NCBI RefSeq assembly: GCF_006345805.1
Contig: NC_043000.1
Location: forward strand, 69,812,001-69,876,000
DNA: 64,000 bases
From: Octopus sinensis
Lineage: Eukaryota
Direction: 5' to 3'
Made by a program: the position numbers and the translations under genes. Within the stretch, counting starts at the first letter, position 1. Each line of letters begins with the position of its first letter. The notes beneath the pieces are model-generated. The model saw only the letters and a program-made list of their open reading frames with translations, was not told where the DNA came from and ran no database searches. Shown one piece after another: positions 1 through 12,492 of the stretch.

Positions 1-3000
1 TTTCACCAAGTATTCAGTATGCAAAGAGACCATTTAAGGCGAATTCAAATTATTACATTATATAAAAGGGCTTAGTAAAATAAATTACTTTGCGCATACT
101 GAACTCATTAGAAATAGCAGCTAAAAAATCTTTTTTAAAACTATTTCCAATACTTAAAGAAAATCTCTCTCATATAGTGCTTGCTCAATTCAACTCACGA
201 AAGTATGGGGGTAGAGACATTAAAAAATCATATGCAAAGGTTATTTGAGAACGTACGTTTCAAGATTAGTCAAAATCGACACTTCTATCATCAGCTCAGA
301 ACTCCTGGTTTGGATTTGAAAACACTGAAAGTGGGAGCATACCTTTTCGGCTTGTTATCGCTTCTGAAGATCTGCTCGAAACTAACAGTGCCAACAAACT
401 CAAATATGCAAGCGAAGAATTTCTGCTCTTCCCTTTCCACCAGCGTGGGTTAAAATCAGCAAACACTATGCTTTTTTCGGTAAAATCCGAGGCATTAATT
501 AGAGAGATGAATTATAATTTCAACATTGAGGGTAAAATTAATTAATTAATCAATTTCACCAAGTATTCAGTATGCAAAGGGACCATTTAAGGCGAATTCA
601 AATTATTACATTATATAAAAGGGCTTAGTAAAATAAATTACTTTGCCGCATACTGAACTCATTAGAAATAGCAGCTAAAAAATCTTTTTTAAAACTATTT
701 CCAATACTTAAGAAAATCTCTCTCATATAGTGCTTGCTCAATTCAACTCACGAAAGTATGGGTGTAGAGACATTAAAAAATCATATGCAAAGGTTATTTG
801 AGAACGTACGTTTCAAGATTAGTCAAAATCGACACTTCTATCATCAGCTCAGAACTCCCTGGTTTGGATTTGAAAACACTGAAAGTGGGAGCATACCTTT
901 TCGGCTTGTTATCGCTTCTGAAGATCTGCTCGAAACTAACAGTGCCAACAAACTCAAATATGCAAGCGAAGAATTTCTGCTCTCCCCTTTCCACCAGCGT
1001 GGGTTAAAATCAGCAAACACTATGCTTTTTTCGGTAAAATCCGAGGCATTAATTAGAGAGAGATGAATTATAATTTCAACATTGAGGGTAAAATTAATTA
1101 ATTAATCAATTTCACCAAGTATTCAGTATGCAAAGGGACCATTTAAGGCGAATTCAAATTATTACATTATATAAAAGGGCTTAGTAAAATAAATTACTTT
1201 GCCGCATACTGAACTCATTAGAATAGCAGCTAAAAAATCTTTTTTAAAACTCCAATACTTAAAAAAATTTCCTATTCCATACTTAAAGAAAATCTCTCTC
1301 ATATAGTGCTGCTCAATTCAACTCACGAAAGTATGGGGGTAGAAACATTAAAAAATCAAATGCAAAGGTTATTTGAGAACGTACGTTTCAAGATTAGTCA
1401 AAATCGACACTTCTATCATCAGCTCAGAACTCCCTGGTTTGGATTTGAAAACACTGAAAGTAGGAGCATACCTTTTCGGCTTCCCATCGCCTCTGAAGAT
1501 CTACTCGAAACTAACAGTGCCAGCAAATTCAAATATGCAAGCGAAAAATTTCTGCTCTCCCCCTTCCACCAGCGTGGGTTAAAATCAGCAAACAACATGC
1601 TTTTTTTCGGTAAAATCCGAGGCATAAATAGAGAGAGATGAATTATAATTTCAACAATTGAGGGTAAAATTAATTAATTAATCAATTTCACCAAGTATTC
1701 AGTATGCAAAGAGACCATTTAAGGCGAATTCAAATTATTACATTATATAAAAGGGCTTAGTAAAATAAATTACTTTGCCGCATACTGAACTCATTAGAAA
1801 TAGCAGCTAAAAAATCTTTTTTTAAAACTATTTCCAATACTTAAAGAAAATCTCTCTCATATAGTGCTTGCTCAATTCAACTCACGAAAGTATGGGGGGG
1901 TAGAGACATTAAAAAATCATATGCAAAGGTTATTTGAGAACGTACGTTTCAAGATTAGTCAAAATCGACACTTCTATCATCAGCTCAGAACTCCCTGGTT
2001 TGGATTTGAAAACACTGAAAGTGGGAGCATACCTTTTCGGCTTGTTATCGCTTCTGAAGATCTGCTCGAAACTAACAGTGCCAACAAACTCAAATATGCA
2101 AGCGAAGAATTCTGCTCTTCCCTTTCCACCAGCGTGGGTTAAAATCAGCAACACTATGCTTTTTTCGGTAAAATCCGAGGCATTAATTAGAGAGAGATGA
2201 ATTATAATTTCAACAATTGAGGGTAAAATTAATTAATTAATCAATTTCACCAAGTATTCAGTATGCAAAGGGACCATTAAGGGCGAATTCAAATTATTAC
2301 ATTATATAAAAGGGCTTAGTAAAATAAATTACTTTGCCGCATACTGAACTCATTAGAAATAGCAGCTAAAAAATCTTTTTTAAAACTATTTCCAATACTT
2401 AAAGAAAATCTCTCTCATATAGTGCTTGCTCAATTCAACTCACGAAAGTATGGGTGTAGAGACATTAAAAAATCATATGCAAAGTTATTTGAGAACGTAC
2501 GTTTCAAGATTAGTCAAAATCGACACTTCTATCATCAGCTCAGAACTCCCTGGTTTGGATTTGAAAACACTGAAAGTGGGAGCATACCTTTTCGGCTTGT
2601 TATCGCTTCTGAAGATCTGCTCGAAACTAACAGTGCCAACAAACTCAAATATGCAAGCGAAGAATTTCTGCTCTCCCCTTTCCACCAGCGTGGGTTAAAA
2701 TCAGCAAACACTATGCTTTTTTCGGTAAAATCCGAGGCATTAATTAGAGAGAGATGAATTATAATTTCAACAATTGAGGGTAAAATTAATTAATTAATCA
2801 ATTTCACCAAGTATTCAGTATGCAAAGGGACCATTTAAGGCGAATTCAAATTATTACATTATATAAAAGGGCTTAGTAAAATAAATTACTTTGCCGCATA
2901 CTGAACTCATTAGAAATAGCAGCTAAAAAATCTTTTTTAAAACTATTTCCAATACTTAAAGAAAATCTCTCTCATATAGTGCTTGCTCAATTCAACTCAC

Positions 3001-4370
3001 GAAAGTATGGGGGTAGAGACATTAAAAAATCATATGCAAAGGTTATTTGAGAACGTACGTTTCAAGATTAGTCAAAATCGACACTTCTATCATCAGCTCA
3101 GAACTCCCTGGTTTGGATTTGAAAACACTGAAAGTGGGAGCATACCTTTTCGGCTTGTTATCGCTTCTGAAGATCTGCTCGAAACTAACAGTGCCAACAA
3201 ACTCGAATATGCAAGCGAAGAATTTCTGCTCTCCCCTTTCCACCAGCGTGGGTTAAAATCAGCAAACACTATGCTTTTTTCGGTAAAATCCGAGGCATTA
3301 ATTAGAGAGAGATGAATTATAATTTCAACAATTGAGGGTAAAATTAATTAATTAATCAATTTCACCAAGTATTCAGTATGCAAAGGGACCATTTAAGGCG
3401 AATTCAAATTATTACATTATATAAAAGGGCTTAGTAAAATAAATTACTTTGCCGCATACTGAACTCATTAGAAATAGCAGCTAAAAAATCTTTTTTAAAA
3501 CTATTTCCAATACTTAAAGAAAATCTCTCTCATATAGTGCTTGCTCAATTCAACTCACGAAAGTATGGGTGTAGAGACATTAAAAAATCAAATGCAAAGG
3601 TTATTTGAGAACGTACGTTTCAAGATTAGTCAAAATCGACACTTCTATCATCAGCTCAGAACTCCCTGGTTTGGATTTGAAAACACTGAAAGTGGGAGCA
3701 TACCTTTTCGGCTTGTTATCGCTTCTGAAGATCTGCTCGAAACTAACAGTGCCAACAAACTCAAATATGCAAGCGAAGAATTTCTGCTCTCCCCTTTCCA
3801 CCAGCGTGGGTTAAAATCAGCAAACACTATGCTTTTTTCGGTAAAATCCGAGGCATTAATTAGAGAGAGATGAATTATAATTTCAACAATTGAGGGTAAA
3901 ATTAATTAATTAATCAATTTCACCAAGTATTCAGTATGCAAAGGGACCATTTAAGGCGAATTCAAATTATTACATTATATAAAAGGGCTTAGTAAAATAA
4001 ATTACTTTGCCGCATACTGAACTCATTAGAAATAGCAGCTAAAAAATCTTTTTTAAAACTATTTCCAATACTTAAAGAAAATCTCTCTCATATAGTGCTT
4101 GCTCAATTCAACTCACGAAAGTATGGGGGTAGAGACATTAAAAAATCAAATGCAAAGGTTATTTGAGAACGTACGTTTCAAGATTAGTCAAAATCGACAC
4201 TTCTATCATCAGCTCAGAACTCCCTGGTTTGGATTTGAAAACACTGAAAGTGGGAGCATACCTTTTCGGCTTGTTATCGCTTCTGAAGATCTGCTCGAAA
4301 CTAACAGTGCCAACAAACTCAAATATGCAAGCGAAGAATTTATGCTCTCCCCTTTCCACCAGCGTGGGTT
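1..4370. repeat. Tandem array of ~558-bp units (7 full + 1 partial), each carrying a hammerhead motif; retrozyme-like/PLE pLTR-derived satellite
   Basis: The string tttcaccaagtattcag recurs at 1, 554, 1110, 1686, 2245, 2802, 3360 and 3918. Units are near-identical; unit 3 is the most diverged and has a ~20-bp insertion. Confidence 0.97.
246..298 (-). ncRNA. Type I hammerhead ribozyme motif with palindromic stem III (same motif at 799-851, 1374-1426, 1935-1987, 2490-2542, 3048-3100, 3606-3658, 4164-4216)
   Basis: Minus strand reads UGAG-CUGAUGA-[uagaagugucgauuuugacuaaucuu]-GAA-ACGUACGU-U-CUCA: stem I UGAG/CUCA, canonical core, 8-nt palindromic stem III, H17=U. The base of stem II is imperfect (U-U, then aga/ucu and guc/gac). 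Confidence 0.75.
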
Positions 4371-4565
4371 TAAGTATTGGAAATAGTTTTAAAAAAGATT
4401 TTTTAGCTGCTATTTCTAATGAGTTCAGTATGCGGCAAAGTAATTTATTTTACTAAGCCCTTTTATATAATGTAATAATTTGAATTCGCCTTAAATGGTC
4501 CCTTTGCATACTGAATACTTGGTGAAATTGATTAATTAATTAATTTTACCCTCAATTGTTGAAAT
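4371..4565. repeat. Inverted ~195-bp stub of the satellite unit, ending in (TA)n
   Basis: Reverse complement of atttcaacaattgagggt...ctatttccaatactta; runs directly into a TA microsatellite. Confidence 0.95.
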
Positions 4566-4674
4566 ATATATATATATATATATATATAATATACATAATT
4601 ATACATACATATATATATATATTCATAAATATAAATATATATATGCATACATATATATACATATATATATATAT

Positions 4675-6285
4675 AGTGTAATAAATAAAATATATGCATA
4701 CATACATACATATATGTACGTACCTACATCTATATGTATATATACATGCATAGATAAATATATATACGTGAGTACAGGACACCACAAATAGACGTAGAAC
4801 TCAACGAGAAACGAAAACGTAAAAACAAGCATGGAACGGACCTTTTTTTAACAACGAAAAAACAGAGTACAAGACAAACTACACAAGGAAAAACCCCTTC
4901 ATCAGCTGTCCCTAGTTCAACTCCAGCGTATTTCGAAGGTGAGGACAGAACACGACTCGTCGAACTAGCCCTTCCTGCGAAAGAATTAAATAAAATTACT
5001 TCGCAGACGGGTAAAAACAAGGAAAGAAAAAATGTGACACAAACAGGACGTAAAAACGATACAAATAAAATTACAAAATAAAATACAAAATAAAATACAA
5101 AATAAAAATACAAGAAATAAAAACAAACAAGAAAACAAACAAAGAGGTAAGATTCTTAAGAGCGCAAGAAGACCGTGTGTTCACTGTTAGGAGGCCGCAG
5201 GCGAAAGGAAGCAGTCGGCCGGCTGTGAGAGAGATGAGGAGTGAGAGAGAGAGAGAGATAGAGGAAGACAAGCGGCTTGAGAGAGATGAGAAGGAGTGAG
5301 AGAGAGAGAGATAGGTAAAGAAGGGAAGGTCAAGCAAAGAGTTATAGAGTTTCGCGTCATAATTATATATAAAATCTTACTTGGAGAAGAAGAAACGAAA
5401 CGAAACGAAACGAATCGAATCGACGCAAGGGCGCTCAGTCTTACAATAGTGTAATAAATAAAATATATGCATACATACATACATATATGTACGTACATAC
5501 ATCTACATGTATATATACATGCATATATAAATATATATACGTGTGAAACTCTATAACTCTTTGCTTGACCTTCCCTTCTTTCCCCATCTCTCTCTCTCTC
5601 ACTCCTCCTCATCTCTCTCACAGCCGCTTGTCTTCCTCTATCTCTCTCTCTCACTCCTCTTCATCTCTCTCACGCTCTTAAGAATCTTTCCTCGTCTAGG
5701 CCAAAAAAGGCCCTCTTTGTTTGTTTTCTTGTTTGTTTTTATTTCTTGTATTGTATTTTTTTGTAATTGTATTTTTATTTTGTATTTTATTTTGTATTTT
5801 ATTTTGTAATTTTATTTGTATCGTTTTTACGTCCTGTTTGTGTCATATTTTTTCTTTCCTTGTTTTTACCCGTCTGCGAAGTAATTTTATTTAATTCTTT
5901 CGCAGGAAGGGCTAGTTCGACGAGTCGTGTTCTGTCCTCACCTTCGAAACATGCTGGAGCTGAACTAGGGACAGCTGATGAAGGGGTTTTTCCTTGTGTA
6001 GTTTGTCTTGTACTCTGTTTTTTCGTTGTTAAAAAAAGGTTCGTTCCATGCTTGTTTTTACGTTTTCGTTTCTCGTTGAGTTCTACGTCTATTTGTGGTG
6101 TCCTGTACTCACGTATATATATTTATATATGCATGTATATATACATGTAGATGTAGGTACGAACATATGTGTATGTATGTATGCATATATTTTATATATT
6201 ACACTATTGTATGACTGAGCGCCCTCGCGTCGATTTGATTCGTTTCGTTTCGTTTCTTCTTCTCCAAGTAAGATTTTATATATAT
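4675..6285. mobile_element. Unclassified ~775-bp repeat family X: partial tandem (4675-5543) plus inverted copy (5544-6285), TA-flanked
   Basis: agtgtaataaataaaa at 4675 and 5448; 5544-6285 is the reverse complement; the same family occurs at 42181-43195. Confidence 0.85.
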
Positions 6286-6295
6286 ATATACATAA

Positions 6296-6690
6296 GCGCA
6301 GGAGCGGCTGTGTGGTAAGTAGCTTGCTAACCAACCACATGGTTCCGGGTTCAGTCCCACTGCGTGGCATCTTGGGCAAGTGTCTTTTGCTATAGCCCCG
6401 GGCCGACCAATTCCTTGTCAGTGGATTTGGTAGACGGAAACTGAAAGAAGCCTGTCGTATATATGTATATATAGATGCGTGAGTGTGTCTGTGTTTGTGT
6501 CCCTAGCATTGCTTGACAACCGATGCTGGTGTGTTTATGTCCCCGTTACTTAGCGGTTCGGCAAAAGAAACCGATAGAATAAGTACTGGGCTTACAAAAG
6601 AATAAGTCCCGGGGTCGAATTGCTCGATCAAAGGCGGTGCTCCAGCATGGCCGCAGTCAAATGACTGAAACAAGTAAAAGAGAAAAAGAG
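6296..6690 (+). mobile_element. tRNA-derived SINE (family 1)
   Basis: A-box-like ggctgtgtggt, B-box-like ggttcagtccc, body ttgggcaagtgtctt, tail atgactgaaacaagtaaaagag; further copies at 28.5, 44.3 and 47.8/49.2 kb. Confidence 0.9.
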
Positions 6691-7059
6691 TATATACATA
6701 TACACTCAGACCACACACAAGATATACGTACACACAAACACACTCACATGAACGCGCACACGCGTACAAGCTCACACATTTTCCTATAATCTTTGTGTCT
6801 ATGTGTTGAGGTTTATCTATTTCCATAGAATGTCATCATTTCTCAGGAATTATAAAGACACTAAGAGTTGTGATGAAGTAGAATTTGCGTTAGGGTCGGG
6901 AACGGAAAGATCGTTACCAGGTGGTTACGTAAAACTGTTTTCTTTCTACCTCAGTTCTTTAAGTTATATATCTCGCTTTCACTCATTCACATACACACAC
7001 ATGTACACAAAACTTTCTCCTTCTCTCTCCCTCTACCTTTCTATATATACTATGTGTGT

Positions 7060-7800
<741 letters not shown>

Positions 7801-7802
7801 TA

Positions 7803-8060
7803 AATAGTCAATGCAAACATGAGCAAGCAAGAAAATACAACGTGAGGATGTGGAATAAGTACAGTGTTATTGGACGCTCAGGAAAGGTGAGAAAAGAAAG
7901 ACGATTTCACGTTTCGAGTTGAGCTCTTCATCAGAAATCTGGAAAAAATCCAGAGAAGGGAAGACGGAGAAAGAAAATCGCCAACGGTACACACGTGGTC
8001 ACATATTGAAACGACCGGAAGGGAATGGGTGAAGTGAAAGTCCTTTCAAAGATAGGAGAG
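7803..8060 (-). mobile_element. Probable PLE pseudo-LTR fragment
   Basis: Contains a minimal HHR motif; its minus-strand 3' end abuts (TA)n like the other PLE ends in the window. Confidence 0.55.
7903..7939 (-). ncRNA. Minimal type I hammerhead motif (G at position 17)
   Basis: GAUUU-CUGAUGA-a-GAG-cucaa-CUC-GAA-ACGU-G-AAAUC: 5-bp stem I, canonical core, ACGU palindromic stem III. Confidence 0.7.
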
Positions 8061-8324
8061 TGTAAGAGAAGGAGGTATGTGTGGGTATGTGCGTGCAGGT
8101 TTGTGTGTGTGTAATGATAGCACGTGTATATGCATGTGAATGTGTATGTGTGGTTCTAGCTGTTTATGTATGCGTGTGGTTGGACTTAGTGTCGTTTAAC
8201 GTCAAAGGAAGAATTTATAATAAGAATTTTGATAGGAGTGGCTGTCTGTTGTGCGTCTCCCTACAAAAGGCATAAGAGAACGGTCGGTAGAAAGGTGGTT
8301 AACTGGTATGTGTGTGTGCGTGCA

Positions 8325-9093
8325 TATATAAGTAGTGTGTGTGTATGTATGTATGTGTGTGTACGTGTAGGTATGTGGAACGCATGAGGTTGTGTCTGTG
8401 GAGTAAATGTACGTTACTCTGTGTGTGCGTGAGTGTGCTTGTATGTACGTGTGTGGGTCCATGTATATATAATTGTGTGCGTGTATGTAAGTGTGTTGTG
8501 TGTGAACGGGAGGTATATGTGGCTTCATTTGCGTGTGCATGTGCGTATATGTGTGCGCGTGTGTATATATATGTGTGCATGTGAGTGTGTGTGCGTGTGT
8601 ATATGTGTGTATGTATGTGCGTGTGTATTTTGTGTGCGTGCATGTGTGTGTGCATGTGTATGTGTGTGTGCGTGAGTGTGTATGAACGAGGGCTTGTATA
8701 GGGAGGTATATGTGCGTTTTCTTGCGCTTGTATGCATGTGCGTGCGTGTGTGTGCGCATGTGTGTGTGCGTGTATGTGCGTCTATATGTGTGTGCGTATG
8801 TGTATGTGTGTGTTCGTGTATGTATATATTGTGTGTGTATGTATATGTATGTGTGTGTATGTTAATTTGTGTGTGTGTGTGTGCGTGGAGCTGTGTAGGA
8901 AGTTGTGTGGGGGTTTGTGTAGGCATATATGTGCGTTCCTGTGTGTATGTGCGTGCGTGTGCTTACGTGCGTGCGTGTATGTGCGTGTGTGTTTATACCC
9001 ATGAGTGTGTAATTGTGTGCGTCTGTATATCATGATATTGGAGGTTTGTGTGTATATGTATGTGTATGTACGTGTGTATATGTGTGTGTGCGT

Positions 9094-9130
<37 letters not shown>
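8325..9130. repeat. Degenerate (TG/TATG)n and (GA)n low-complexity tract
   Basis: Direct inspection; the ORFs here are low-complexity artefacts. Confidence 0.9.
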
Positions 9131-9132
<2 letters not shown>

Positions 9133-9241
9133 AAAGTGCAAGATGGACAAGCAAATCATTAAGCATCACTGGAGGGAATTTCTTTATAAGAAAATGTACA
9201 AATAAAGTATACCTTAATTTCTTTATTTCTACTCTTGATCT

Positions 9242-9580
9242 GTGAAGGCGCATGGCTCAGTGGTTAGAATATCGAACTCACAACCTCACGGTCGTAAGTT
9301 CGAATCCCGGCCCGGGCTGCGTGTTGTGTTCTTGAGCAAGACACTTTATTTCACGTTGCTCCAGTTCACTCAGCTGTAGAAATGAGTCACGATGTCACTG
9401 GTGCAAAGCTGCATCCGCCTTTGCCTTTCCCCTGGATAACATCGGTGGCGTGGACAGGGGAGGCTGGTATGCATGAGTGACTGCTGGTCTTCCATAAAAC
9501 AACCATGCCCGGGCTTGTGCGTCGGAGGATAACTTTCTAGGTGCAATCCCATGGTCATTCCTGACCGAAGGTGGTCTCCG
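9242..9580 (+). mobile_element. tRNA-derived SINE (family 2) with 11-bp target-site duplication
   Basis: A-box tggctcagtgg, B-box agttcgaatcc, ttgagcaagacacttt body; TSD actcttgatct at 9231-9241 and 9581-9591. Confidence 0.9.
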
Positions 9581-10154
9581 ACTCTTGATCTATTTATATT
9601 CTTTGAATGAGGTGCCGCTTCTAGCCGCCTTGGATAGGCAATTTCAACACCCCATTCCCATTTTCATTTCAAACCTGTGTGTTAGTGGCAAACCTATCTG
9701 AGTATTCATTGTACATACCTACCTATTAATGAATATCAATCGACGTATACTCCTTGCGTTTCCTATAAACACGCATACGCACACACACACAAAGTATATA
9801 TATATATATATATATATATATACTAATAAGACTATTAGTATGTCGATTAAAGCACATTCACCGTTTGGGCTGCCGTCAGGAAATCCACAGTATTTGTTGT
9901 ATATTTAATTGGGGAAAGAAACGGAAGATGAATTTAATACGAATCTTTATTCAGCACAGCGATCGTTTCGACCCATCCTGCAGCTAACCCATAGGGGTAA
10001 GATATTGTGCATCTATTGTGCTGCATCAATCAGTGCAGGCTGTGTCACTCCAGGTGCTTGGGGTAAAAGAAGATATCTCACTAGATATGCTGAGTTCTCT
10101 TTGACATGTTGCTCTCGCTCGTTGTACGTGGATACACTTACAGATGGTAGAATA

Positions 10155-11420
10155 ATGCCGGCGGACGGAATCGTCGGACGCTGAACTGATGAACCAGTGA
10201 AAGTGCATGGGGTCTTGTTTGGTCCCGACCTCCAGGTGTATAAAAACTTGGACGAGATGACGAACAGGGTGACCAGTCTTACTCAGAAATGGGCAAAGAG
10301 GAAGCTGTCCTTGAAAGGTCGGGCATATCTGGTGAATGCCTACATCGCCTCCGTCATCACTTATCCCCTAACCGTTGCACATTGCCCCAGTTATTTCTTG
10401 ATCAAGTTGGAGCGTCTCTTGTTCATTTTCTTGTGGAAGGGACATGTTCTAATGATCAGGCGGTTAGTCTGTTGCCAGCTCCCTCTGCGTGGCGGCTTAG
10501 ACATGCCATGGCCTTTGATGCACAGACACGCTTTCAGGTTGGGCCACCTGCAACGATTTCTTGTCGTTGAACGTGTGTGGGCGCCGATTGTGAGGCACGT
10601 CTTTCTGCAACTCGTCTCTTTGACGGAGCTGCACACCTGAATGAAAGATAAACGAAAACTGAGCACCTGGCACCTACAACGTCGCCAAGCGTTCACTGTC
10701 CTCTACCAGTCGGACTGTAGGACCGCTGGATGTTCCACTTTAAGCTATATAGAGAGAATTAGTGTCGGAGAAGTGCGACGAAATCCTCGGGGATACTCTG
10801 GGCGTAGACGAAGAGGAACTGGCTAGTTTGTTCCGGAGGACTTTTCGGTCGGTGACTATTATGGATAATTTGCAGATGACTTTGGCCTGGCAGTGCTACC
10901 GAGAGGGTGGTGCGCTACCAGTTCGAGATAAACTCTACGCGCACGGATATGCTCAGACAGGCTTGTCCGACGTGCACGCAGAGCGACGAAACCGTTCTAC
11001 ATGCACTCGTTCAATATCCGGGCATTGCTAACTATGTCGAACGCTGTTGTCACATGTGAGACAGATCCGTCTGCCGTCCGGGTCCATAAGCCACCCTCCT
11101 TTAATCGGTCAAGCAAGGCAGCTTTCTTTTGCCTGGTGTCAATGGCGAAAGCGGTTGTCTAAAGAAAATAGTTGAAAAGGGCACTTTTCCTTGGTGTTCA
11201 GGGTGATCTTGGACGGTGGGGTTCCTCGATCATCACTAGAGATCCTCCAGTGTCAGGAGAACCCCATCACTATCCCTTTTCTATCTTCTTAGTGCCGTAT
11301 ACTATGTATATTTGCCTTCTTTTAATGTATACCCAGTATACATTGTAAACCCCCACACTTTGTGTCTGTCTTTATACTGTCTCGCTCATCCTTCGCCCTG
11401 GTGGTAAATAAAAGAAATCA
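10155..11420 (+). mobile_element. 5'-truncated Tx1/L1-clade LINE fragment (post-RT region), decayed
   Basis: ORF 10197-10640 has W..RKLSLKGRA.LVNAYIASV...LE..LF.FLW.G...LP...GGL..P, typical of L1/Tx1 ORF2 downstream of RT; ends in aaataaaag. Confidence 0.8.
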
Positions 11421-11429
11421 TAATGATTT

Positions 11430-12256
11430 CTTTTATTTTGCTGAGAATTATGGAAGGTGTCAGCTGTCCACAGCCAGCAGACTAAGGTGACATTTGATTA
11501 TGGCCATGCTTCAAGAACCCAACGAAGAATTCTTGAGGTTTCAAGCAATGCAAATTTTTATAGGTGCTCTACCTTTACATTTGTACCAGTCTTTTGGGGT
11601 CATGATGGTAGGTCAGTGTTCAAACTTCCAAGTGCACCAGTTAATATTGGTACCACGTCTGCTCTCATCATTGACCACAACCTTCATATTTCCCACTTCA
11701 AATCCTCATAGTTGTTCAGTTTATCTTCTTTCTCTTTGATCCTGTTGTCAACGTGACATGCTATGTGGATTATCATGCACGTTCTTTCTTTATTTTCCAC
11801 AACAAGAATGTCCGGTTTCTGATGTCTGGTCAGCTGATCATACTGGATAATTGTATCCTACAGGATTTTGCAATTTTCATTCTCGGTGACTCCATCTGGG
11901 GTTTGCTCACACCACGTCTTTGCTCTTTGTAGGGTGTGATTTCTACAGAGCTCACAATGGATCATTCTTGCCACATTGTCATGTTGTCTATTGTGTTCGC
12001 GCTATGCCACTTTCGGGCATTCGGTAACGATGTGACATACCGTTTCACCCCTCTCACCTCACATTCTGCATTTGTCGATGTCGGTAGTGTTGTCGATCCT
12101 GCATTTCACATAGTCCTTAATGCTTGTTCTTAAGCTGCGCATATAAATGCTTCCGTCTCTATCTTGAGGTCACTCCTCCTCCATAACTCTTGCTCTCTGA
12201 TTGTACATTTTTTTCCTTCCGTGCTGTTTCATTTTTGTATTCTTTTCCTCTTTAAG
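11430..12256 (-). mobile_element. R4/Dong-type RLE LINE, 3' fragment A
   Basis: Frameshifted minus-strand translation gives DLKIETEAFI, C..C...ET..HI..EC (CCHC), KPDILVV and VVPI..GALG. The 3' UTR resembles that of fragment B. Confidence 0.8.
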
Positions 12257-12485
<229 letters not shown>

Positions 12486-12492
12486 TATATTG

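Noticed and set aside
350-392. Plus-strand ctgaaga...gaaac as a second hammerhead in the satellite
   Set aside because: No stem II and no usable stem I/III pairing.
734-1066. 110-aa ORF repeated in each satellite unit (and overlapping 66-69 aa ORFs)
   Set aside because: No recognisable domain, non-ATG start, broken by indels in units 1 and 4; recurrence just reflects the repeat.
1-4370. CRISPR-like or tandem gene array
   Set aside because: Units are identical along their full ~558-bp length with no unique spacers; eukaryotic context, no cas genes.
9955-10030. Possible hammerhead near gaaacgatcg (minus)
   Set aside because: A palindromic stem III-like piece is present but there is no correctly placed CUGANGA.
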